A stretch of 32,000 bases of DNA from Neisseria mucosa (GTDB taxonomy: Bacteria; Pseudomonadota; Gammaproteobacteria; Burkholderiales; Neisseriaceae): assembly GCA_003028315.1 (NCBI GenBank), contig CP028150.1, positions 332,745 to 364,744 of the forward strand, read 5' to 3'. The notes under the pieces are model-generated. The model did not search any database, was not told the origin of the DNA, and saw only the letters and a program-made list of their open reading frames with translations. The translations under genes and the position numbers were made by a program. This document shows, piece after piece, positions 10,273 to 17,052 of this stretch; the stretch's first letter is position 1; every line of letters starts with the position of its first letter.

Positions 10273-10360
10273 TATATATTTCGCTTCCGTTAAGGGAGCG
10301 TAAAATACATTTAGAACCCCTTGACAAATTCGATTAACCGACATTTGAGAGGGGTCTAAA

Positions 10361-11296
10361 ATGTTTTTACAGCAACAAATTGAGTTTCAGCAGCAAGCGG
10401 CCGCGAAGCGTGCCGTGCTTCCTTGTCTAAATAGTAACAACTGCATTGACGAAAAAAATACCAATGTAATCAAGGAAAAGCAAAAACCCGCAAGTATAGA
10501 AAAATACCTGCCGAACACAGCAAAACCCGAATTCAACGAATTTTCCACCTCACACAAGAAATCCGCCGCCGCCCTTGAGATGAATGTACGCCAATTCATC
10601 GAAGTTTTCGGAATTGAAAAGGTCGGATTCCTTACCCTCACATTTGCCGACGAAGTACAAGACGTTAAAGAGGCAAGCCGCCGCTTTCACAGCCTGCGCA
10701 CAAACTTTCTTAAAAAGCATTTCGAACACTATGTCTGTGTATACGAGCGCATGAAAAGCGGTCGTATTCACTTCCATCTTATCGTCAACACCCGCGAAGA
10801 CATCCGCCGCGGTCTGAATTTCCAACAAATTCAAGCTCGTAACTACACAAGCGCAAATAAAAATCTACGTCAGCTTTGGCAAGTTCTCCGTGAAAACATG
10901 GAAAAGTACGGATTCGGACGATCCGAACTGCTGCCCGTTAAAACCAACAGCAAAGGTCTTGCCAGATATGTTGGCAAGTACATCGCCAAACACATTGATA
11001 GCCGTCTGCCTGAAGACAAAGGCTACCGTCTTATTCGTACCACCATAGACAAAAAACAGTTGTGGAAGATTGCGAACAGCAATTTTTCGTTTGTATCCGC
11101 AGGTTCGCGCCAGTGGCGCGAGAAGCTGCAAAAGTGGGTTATCTGCATTGAACCCCTTTTACAGGCGCATGCCGAGCTTTTTTACGAAAGAAAGCCCAAA
11201 AAGATTACAGAGGACAATTACAACGCCGTCCTATCAGCCCTTTTAAGCCCGAAATGGGCGTTTTATAACCGAGAAACCATCATCAATATGCCCTAA
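10361..11296 (+). CDS. Phage rolling-circle replication initiator (HUH endonuclease)
   Basis: 311 aa. RCR motif 1 FLTLTF, motif 2 RIHFHLIV (HUH), motif 3 ARYVGKYIAKH (catalytic Tyr). GAGAGGGG SD. The first ~74 aa are low-complexity, so the true start could be internal. Confidence 0.8.
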   Translation: MFLQQQIEFQQQAAAKRAVLPCLNSNNCIDEKNTNVIKEKQKPASIEKYLPNTAKPEFNEFSTSHKKSAAALEMNVRQFIEVFGIEKVGFLTLTFADEVQDVKEASRRFHSLRTNFLKKHFEHYVCVYERMKSGRIHFHLIVNTREDIRRGLNFQQIQARNYTSANKNLRQLWQVLRENMEKYGFGRSELLPVKTNSKGLARYVGKYIAKHIDSRLPEDKGYRLIRTTIDKKQLWKIANSNFSFVSAGSRQWREKLQKWVICIEPLLQAHAELFYERKPKKITEDNYNAVLSALLSPKWAFYNRETIINMP

Positions 11297-11316
11297 GTTG
11301 GCAGAAAGGAAACATC

Positions 11317-11586
11317 ATGTCTCAAGAAAACGAACGCAAACAAGGTATTTTCGTCATCGCCGCATTTGACCGAATGTTCACACGCGAACGCAAAAACCAA
11401 GACGGCACATTCAGCAAAACCCACTATGTCGGTCTGATTATCCGTTCAGACACCGAAACCCGCCTTTGCGAAGTCCGCACCAAACATCCCGAAAAGTACG
11501 AGCAGTATAAACCGCAGCAAATCGTCTCCATGCAGGTATTTCCCCGTGCATTTAAAGACAACATCTACTATTCGGACGAAGCATAA
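11317..11586 (+). CDS. Phage ssDNA-binding protein (gene V position)
   Basis: 89 aa, immediately after rep. GAAAGGAAAC SD. Assigned by size and position as in Ff/Nf phages, with no motif-level proof. Confidence 0.55.
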   Translation: MSQENERKQGIFVIAAFDRMFTRERKNQDGTFSKTHYVGLIIRSDTETRLCEVRTKHPEKYEQYKPQQIVSMQVFPRAFKDNIYYSDEA

Positions 11587-11591
11587 ACCAG

Positions 11592-11619
11592 TTTCAGGGG
11601 TTCGGCGGTGTCCCCTGAA
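11592..11619 (+). promoter_or_regulatory. Hairpin between the ssDNA-binding and coat genes
   Basis: TTCAGGGG (11593-11600) pairs with CCCCTGAA (11612-11619). An alternative stem is GGCGGTGT/ACACCGCC. It shares the 14-mer TTTCAGGGGTTCGG with 15850-15863. Confidence 0.4.
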
Positions 11620-11673
11620 TTGACCCCGAAACACCGCCATAACCATTTTTTTAACTCCATAAAGGAAAACATC

Positions 11674-11895
11674 ATGAGTATCAAAACCAAATTTCAAAAA
11701 GCAGCCGCATTTGTAACCGTTTCAGCATTGCCGGTAATGGCATTCGCAGAAGATAGCGGCATGGTTGAAGCCGCCAAAACGGAACTCGGTGGATTGAAAA
11801 CAGGCATTATTGCCGTCGGCGCAGTTGCTGTTGCTTTGGCTGTTGCCGCCGTTTCCATCAGTGTTATCAAATCCGCAGTGAAACGTTCCGCATAA
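11674..11895 (+). CDS. Inovirus major coat protein
   Basis: Trimmed to the ATG at 11674 (AAAGGAAAAC SD). 73 aa: signal peptide MSIKTKFQKAAAFVTVSALPVMAFA, acidic mature N-terminus EDSGMVE, hydrophobic core GIIAVGAVAVALAVAAVSISVI, basic tail KSAVKRSA. Confidence 0.85.
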   Translation: MSIKTKFQKAAAFVTVSALPVMAFAEDSGMVEAAKTELGGLKTGIIAVGAVAVALAVAAVSISVIKSAVKRSA

Positions 11896-11903
11896 GGTGC
11901 AAC

Positions 11904-12206
11904 ATGGGTTATCAGGTCGGTCGAATATGTCATGAAACGGCAGAGCAGGCAAAAAACGAAGTGATGACCCAAGTCGTACCGACCATAGATAAAGACGGGG
12001 TGCTGCATCACCCCGTTTTTAACGGGCAGACTTGGACTTATAACGAACAGACCGTAAAACTTCAGTTTCCGCAGTGCGACAGCATGAAATATTACCGTCT
12101 CGGCGAACAAATCGGCATACAGATGATGTTTGTAATGATTTCACTTTTTGCCGTTGTCGTTATTGTGAAACTGGTTTTATGGCAGAGAGAAAGAAATGAA
12201 GAATGA
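11904..12206 (+). CDS. Phage minor protein with C-terminal TM anchor
   Basis: 100 aa. AAGGTG SD. C-terminal helix MMFVMISLFAVVVIVKLVLW. Overlaps the next gene by 11 nt. Confidence 0.6.
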   Translation: MGYQVGRICHETAEQAKNEVMTQVVPTIDKDGVLHHPVFNGQTWTYNEQTVKLQFPQCDSMKYYRLGEQIGIQMMFVMISLFAVVVIVKLVLWQRERNEE

Positions 12207-13977
12207 CACCCGAATCAGCGTTTTTACTGGGTATGGTAAAGCCCCTAACATTAGCCGTCTTTCTGTATGTCTTGGCTCGCTCTTGGTCGTAGGGCAGGCA
12301 TGGGCAGACGCAGGACTGCCGCCGCCAGCACAACATCAGGGGGCGGGTTTCCCGTCTGAGCAAGCATTAAGACAAAAGGGCTACGACCCGAAAACGGGCG
12401 TATGGCGAGTGCAAAGCCAAAACAACGGCAGACCGACCGTAACCAAGTCGGGCGATACCATCAAGGGGTCACAACCGAAGACCGTAACCGTAACGGGCAA
12501 TTATGGAGAAAAGGGAACGATTCGGACGACACAAACGCAGACTGTAAGCTCGTCAAAATTGCAGAATACTATAAATGGCGTTTGGGCAGGTGGTGCATTG
12601 GCAGCTTCGGTTGATAAACATAGTGGTTTGATGGGAGCAAGAATAAGGTCAGGAGATTATAAAGGTGCTGTCGAAAGTGGTGTTTTAATGGCTGGTACCT
12701 TTGGAAATAATTTGTTTGGAGGAATTGCAGAGTCCTTGGGGAATTTAGGACGTGGATTAGGTTTGATTGATAGCCCGTCTCCTCAAGATTTAAGACAAGC
12801 TGGAGAACGTTTTTATCAATGGCAAATGCAGAAGGAACAAAGCGGTCAATTAGGCGAAGCAGTCGCAGCCGCAGCCGCCCGAAAAGCAGCCGAAGGAGCA
12901 GCAGAAGCAGCCAAACAGCAAGAGCAATGGCAGAAAGCAAAAGAAAGTCAAAAAGAAAATGGTCTTTATCCCGTCAACGTTATTTTTAGGGAACAATCGC
13001 CAACGGGGAAAATATATTACTCAAACAAAATATATTATTCATATTTAAAAAATTTTTATAACAATAATAATGGTGTAAATCAAGGTGGTTCGGCAAAAAT
13101 TTATTTAAGAGGTGTGCAAGGTGATTATGTTTATTATCAATTTAAAGATAAGAATTCTAGTACTGTTGGAGTAGAAGCATCATCGACTTTTAAACCTGAC
13201 CCACAAAAAACAGTCGAAAATATGACGCTCAATCAAAAGGATATCAAAGACATATTAGAGCGTATGTTGAATAACCAACAGACTAACCATGCCGAACTGA
13301 TGAATCAGTTGTCCAAAATTGGCGATTCCGTTGAAAAATCCACGATTTCGAATGAATTCACGCCGATGACCGCCGATTCAGCACCCTACACCCCGCAAGG
13401 CAGCAATACACCTCAACAAACAAGATTCACGATAAATAGAGACGGTTCGATTACGACAACCATTATTCCGCGTCCTGATCTGAAACCAAATTCAACCCTA
13501 GCACCGACACGCAGCGAAATAATACCGACACCGAATAAAGGACAGAACACACCGACAACACCCAATAGTCCGAATACACCTACAACGCCTGATAGTCCGA
13601 ATGTACCGACGACACCGAACATTCCGAATACGCCGAACAATCCGACAGGGCAGCAAAATCAAAACCAAGAGAATCAGAAGCAGGACTTTTGTCAGCAAAA
13701 CCCGAATGCTGCTCAATGTATGCCGGGTGGCGATGCGAGCTATGAAGACATCGTCTTGCCTGAAAACACAATAGATTTGGATTTCAAGCCTTTGGACGTA
13801 TTCCAGTCTGACGGGACGTGTCCCGCTCCCCGTTCCGTCGATTTCGGTGCATTGGGACAGGTAGAGTTCAGTTATGACCCGTTGTGCGATTTGGCGCGCA
13901 AGCTTCGCCCTATCTTCATCGCAATATGCGTGCTGACCTGTGCCTATTTTGTCTATGAATCCGTAAAGGAATTGTGA
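12196..13977 (+). CDS. TspB-like / pIII-analogue adsorption (receptor-binding) protein, mosaic
   Basis: 593 aa. Signal peptide ending VVGQAWA-DA, Gly-rich and Ala-rich segments, a low-GC central cassette, a Pro-rich linker (aa 444-484), a Cys-containing C-terminal domain and a membrane anchor IFIAICVLTCAYFVY. It is the largest ORF and sits where TspB/ORF6 sits in MDA/Nf phages. Confidence 0.65.
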   Translation: MKNDTRISVFTGYGKAPNISRLSVCLGSLLVVGQAWADAGLPPPAQHQGAGFPSEQALRQKGYDPKTGVWRVQSQNNGRPTVTKSGDTIKGSQPKTVTVTGNYGEKGTIRTTQTQTVSSSKLQNTINGVWAGGALAASVDKHSGLMGARIRSGDYKGAVESGVLMAGTFGNNLFGGIAESLGNLGRGLGLIDSPSPQDLRQAGERFYQWQMQKEQSGQLGEAVAAAAARKAAEGAAEAAKQQEQWQKAKESQKENGLYPVNVIFREQSPTGKIYYSNKIYYSYLKNFYNNNNGVNQGGSAKIYLRGVQGDYVYYQFKDKNSSTVGVEASSTFKPDPQKTVENMTLNQKDIKDILERMLNNQQTNHAELMNQLSKIGDSVEKSTISNEFTPMTADSAPYTPQGSNTPQQTRFTINRDGSITTTIIPRPDLKPNSTLAPTRSEIIPTPNKGQNTPTTPNSPNTPTTPDSPNVPTTPNIPNTPNNPTGQQNQNQENQKQDFCQQNPNAAQCMPGGDASYEDIVLPENTIDLDFKPLDVFQSDGTCPAPRSVDFGALGQVEFSYDPLCDLARKLRPIFIAICVLTCAYFVYESVKEL

Positions 13978-13978
13978 A

Positions 13979-14260
13979 ATGAACTGGGCTTCATTGATAA
14001 CCGGCGTCCTCATGTCCGTAGCAGGGCGCATACTGACCGCCGTAGGTTTGAGTTTTATTTCAGTAACAGGACTGAATTCTTTGCAGAGTTATTTCATAAA
14101 CGAAATAAGTCGAAGTATCGGCGGTTTCCCCGACGAAGCTTTGCAAATCCTGTATATAGCGGGATTTGGTGTCATTCTGAACTGGATATTTGGCGCATTC
14201 AGCTTCGTCATATCCCTAAAAGGCTTTAAAAAACTGTCTACCATCATTCAGTCGAAATAG
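13979..14260 (+). CDS. Small phage membrane protein (pVI position)
   Basis: 93 aa with about three hydrophobic segments. AAGGA SD. Starts 1 nt after the preceding stop. Confidence 0.6.
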   Translation: MNWASLITGVLMSVAGRILTAVGLSFISVTGLNSLQSYFINEISRSIGGFPDEALQILYIAGFGVILNWIFGAFSFVISLKGFKKLSTIIQSK

Positions 14261-14269
14261 GAAGAAAAC

Positions 14270-15445
14270 ATGTTATATCTGTTTACAGGCGTACCCGGTT
14301 CGGGCAAGACACTTCAAGTAGTTTCCATGCTCGCCAAACGCAAAGATTTTAAAAACCGTCCCCTGTTCATTGACGGCATACCTGATTTAAAAATACCCCA
14401 CGAAGAAATACCCGAAGGCGAAAGCATTAAAACGTGGCCCAAATGGGCGCCCGACGGTGCAATCATCGTCGTTGACGAATGTCAGCGTATATTTCGCCCC
14501 CGTTCCAGTAGTTCCGCCGTTCCCGACTATGTCGCAGAACTGGAAACCCACAGACACAGAGGATTAGACTTCCTGCTTATTACACAGCATCCTCGCCTTA
14601 TAGACGTACACCTCCGCTCCCTGATTGAACACCATACCCATTTCGGAAAGACCAACCTAGGACTTCGCCGCAAGCTCGAATGGACGACAGGGGGCGCAAA
14701 AGAACCCGAAAGCAGGGCGAACATCAAAGAAGCCCTTGTCAGCGTATATAAGCTCGATAAGAGCGTGTACGGACTGTACAAGTCAGCCGAAGAACACACC
14801 AAAATCAGAACCAAGCGCAGCAAGGTTCTGTACCTGATACCCGTCGCAATAGCCATGCTTGGCGGAGGTTTGTATTATTTCGCTTCCTTTTGGAAAAATT
14901 TGGAAAAACCCATAGAGACAGCGGGACAGACGGCACAGGCACATATTGCCGCGCCAGCGGCAAGCCCCGAAGCGCAGGCGGCAGCCGCTCCCGCGGCGGA
15001 CGACGGCGCAGCGGGGCGCTACGCAGCCGCAAAGGTGCAAACGCCGTCCGAACCGCCAAAGCCCCATCTGACTGAAGAAGACTATAAGCCCCGTATCGAA
15101 GAACGTCCTGAAACCGCCCCGATATACGACGGCATGAACAAAGCCGTAAAAGTCATGCCGTGGCCTGCTGCCTGTATCAAAGCAGAGAACCGCTGCACCT
15201 GCTATACCGACCAAGGAACGAAGATTAAAGACATCGGCAAACAAACCTGCCTGAACTATGTAAAAGACGGCTTGCCGTTTAATCCGTACAAAGCTCAAAC
15301 AGCCGAAAACGCCAAACCGACGCAGACAGCCTACACTCCTGACGCCCCGCAGGTCTTGACAATGGGCGGTCAGATCCCGCAGAATTTGATGTATGACGGA
15401 TACAATGATAAAGCCCTTACCAATGTGGGCGGGAAAATAAATTAG
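14270..15445 (+). CDS. Zot-like / pI assembly ATPase
   Basis: 391 aa. Walker A at the N-terminus (LFTGVPGSGKT), Walker B-like IIVVDECQ, a central TM (VLYLIPVAIAMLGGGLYYFASFW), and an Ala/Pro-rich periplasmic C-terminal part. Confidence 0.85.
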   Translation: MLYLFTGVPGSGKTLQVVSMLAKRKDFKNRPLFIDGIPDLKIPHEEIPEGESIKTWPKWAPDGAIIVVDECQRIFRPRSSSSAVPDYVAELETHRHRGLDFLLITQHPRLIDVHLRSLIEHHTHFGKTNLGLRRKLEWTTGGAKEPESRANIKEALVSVYKLDKSVYGLYKSAEEHTKIRTKRSKVLYLIPVAIAMLGGGLYYFASFWKNLEKPIETAGQTAQAHIAAPAASPEAQAAAAPAADDGAAGRYAAAKVQTPSEPPKPHLTEEDYKPRIEERPETAPIYDGMNKAVKVMPWPAACIKAENRCTCYTDQGTKIKDIGKQTCLNYVKDGLPFNPYKAQTAENAKPTQTAYTPDAPQVLTMGGQIPQNLMYDGYNDKALTNVGGKIN

Positions 15446-15452
15446 GGAAACG

Positions 15453-15644
15453 ATGAATGCATTAGAATTTGTTATTTCGTGTTTGGTTGTGTATGCAATA
15501 ATTCATATTCATAGAAAGCATGGCACGGCTTATTTCAAAATGTTGATTAAAGAATTTGGCATTTTTATTTTTGGTCTTGCTATTATTTTTCTTGTATTAT
15601 GTGCCGCAGGGGTTTTAATGTTCGCAGCTCAATCGCACACCTAA
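15453..15644 (+). CDS. 63-aa two-TM hydrophobic protein, low-GC cargo position after zot
   Basis: AGGGA SD 6 nt upstream. Two hydrophobic helices (ALEFVISCLVVYAIIHI; FGIFIFGLAIIFLVLCAAGVLMFA). My hand count is 63 G+C in 192 nt (~33%). Confidence 0.5.
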   Translation: MNALEFVISCLVVYAIIHIHRKHGTAYFKMLIKEFGIFIFGLAIIFLVLCAAGVLMFAAQSHT

Positions 15645-15650
15645 CCACAA

Positions 15651-15727
15651 GTCAAGGGGAGGGCGTCCAGAAAGATTTGTAAAGACGGCTTTATTGTCTT
15701 TATAAATCTTTTTGGATACCCCTTGAC
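15651..15727 (+). other. 77-nt imperfect hairpin, candidate phage packaging signal or origin element
   Basis: GTCAAGGGG..CCAGAAAGATTT..AAAGAC-ggctttatt-GTCTTT..AAATCTTTTTGG..CCCCTTGAC. Starts 7 nt after the last morphogenesis-side ORF. Confidence 0.5.
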
Positions 15728-16006
15728 GCTAACCCACCCAAAGACGCTGCCCGCAAGGGGTGGGGTGTGTTTTTTACCCCACCCTCTGCCACGTGGCGAA
15801 CGTCGCCGAAGGCAAAAAGAGTCCAAAGCCCTGAACGGGTAACCAACCCTTTCAGGGGTTCGGATTCATGACCCGAACCGCAGTCCGCGACTTCCAAAGC
15901 ACGACCAAAGCTACAGCTTGGAAAAAAGATAGAAGCGCGGGCTTTTTGTACATACTCAGTTTGAACACTATACAAGGCTGCGAGCCTGAATAAATAAGGC
16001 AAAACA

Positions 16007-16954
16007 ATGTACTACCTAGGGATAGACGTATCAAAGAAAACCATAGATTGCTGTCTGATTTCAGACAGCATTTTTTATGAACGGAGGTTTGACAACACAG
16101 AGGACGGATTCGGACGGTTGGACGACTGGATACAGGAGTACACAGCCGAAGCAGTGCATTGCTGTTGCGAATCGACAGGAATCTACCACGAAGCCATAGC
16201 CGCCCACCTAAGGCAGAAACACACCGTAAGCATAGTCAATCCAAGCAAGATAAAAGGCTTCAGAGAAGCCGAACAGACACGAACCAAGACCGACAGGCAG
16301 GACGCTAGGCTGATAGCCGAATACTGTCGAAGAATGCAGCCGCAAGCATGGCAGCCGCCGACAGAAGAGCAAGAATACCTCCAAGCCATCACAGACTATA
16401 TAGCTCGCCTTAAGCAGCAGAGAGCCGCAGAGCAGACCAAACACCAAACCGCCCCCGATACTATCCGCCATCACATACAGACCACAATAGACCATCTGAA
16501 CAGGCTTATAGCAACCGTACAAAACGAACTCAAAGACTTCTACCGCCAAAATCCAATATACAACGAAAAGAAGAACCGCCTGAAAACCATAGACGGTATA
16601 GGCGAATCCGCCGCTTCTGCCCTGCTCGCCAAACTCATACGCTACGACTTTGCAAATCAAAACCAATTTGCCGCTTACCTCGGTTTAGACCCAAAAATCA
16701 AAGATTCGGGGACAAGCGTCAAAGGAAAGTCCCGAATATCAAAACAGGGGCAAAAGAACGCCCGTAAAGCCCTGTATATGCCCGCCCTCGTCGCTTACCG
16801 TATGAACGCCTTTCCAGCCTTTACAGCCCGCCTCAAAGCGAGGGGAAAGCCCCCGAAGCTGATAATAGTCGCCATAATGCGAAAACTGGCCGTCATTGCC
16901 TACCAACTGTATAAAACAGGTAAAGATTACGACCGTTCCCGATACCGAAATTAG
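16007..16954 (+). CDS. IS110/Piv-family DEDD recombinase (transposase) of the prophage
   Basis: 315 aa. N-terminal RuvC-like DEDD signatures ([28 protein letters not shown]). C-terminal Tnp domain with [14 protein letters not shown] and [34 protein letters not shown]. Confidence 0.9.
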   Translation: MYYLGIDVSKKTIDCCLISDSIFYERRFDNTEDGFGRLDDWIQEYTAEAVHCCCESTGIYHEAIAAHLRQKHTVSIVNPSKIKGFREAEQTRTKTDRQDARLIAEYCRRMQPQAWQPPTEEQEYLQAITDYIARLKQQRAAEQTKHQTAPDTIRHHIQTTIDHLNRLIATVQNELKDFYRQNPIYNEKKNRLKTIDGIGESAASALLAKLIRYDFANQNQFAAYLGLDPKIKDSGTSVKGKSRISKQGQKNARKALYMPALVAYRMNAFPAFTARLKARGKPPKLIIVAIMRKLAVIAYQLYKTGKDYDRSRYRN

Positions 16955-16971
16955 ACAGCGGCATGAAAAAA

Positions 16972-16991
16972 CGCCCCGAAAAATCGGGGCG
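16972..16991. other. GC hairpin at the extreme right end of the prophage
   Basis: CGCCCCGA-aaaa-TCGGGGCG. A6 precedes it on the + strand, so on the minus strand it reads as hairpin plus T6. It lies 3 nt before the right GACCTT. Confidence 0.5.
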
Positions 16992-17052
16992 CAGACCTTG
17001 TGTATCTTTAAGATATGTAAATGTTGTTGACGGTGGAATACACTATCTTTTT

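Larger units (their letters stand above)
10268..16999 (+). mobile_element. Integrated filamentous (Inovirus, neisserial Nf/MDA-type) prophage, ~6.7 kb, with an IS110/Piv-family recombinase at its right end
   Basis: Gene order is Rep, ssDNA-binding protein, coat, minor protein, adsorption protein, pVI-position protein, Zot/pI, recombinase, all on one strand with tight spacing. It is bounded by identical GACCTT (10268-10273 and 16994-16999). The left end reads CTTATAT, the junction motif I recall being reported for Nf prophages. No DUS occurs inside, versus about one per kb in the flanks. Confidence 0.85.

Noticed and set aside
10273-10310. dRS3-type repeat (ATTCCC-N8-GGGAAT) at the prophage ends, the target reported for meningococcal Nf phages
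   Set aside because: No such sequence was found at either junction. Only the unrelated hairpins CGCTTCC-gttaa-GGGAGCG (10283-10301) and CGCCCCGA-aaaa-TCGGGGCG (16972-16991) are there. The host-side flank is a DUS instead.
15700-16002. 100-aa minus-strand ORF (and 15641..15826, 15852..16034) inside the recombinase leader
   Set aside because: No SD and an odd composition. These ORFs overlap dense hairpin structure, so the region is better explained as structured non-coding DNA or RNA.
10300-16955. A sigma-70 promoter assembled across the predicted circular junction (...TCGGGGCGCAGACCTTATATATTT...), as in IS110 circles. The coordinates span the two ends that would be joined.
   Set aside because: A -10-like TATATT/TATATA is present on the left end, but I could not find a convincing -35 at 16-18 nt in the right end. 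I therefore do not claim this.
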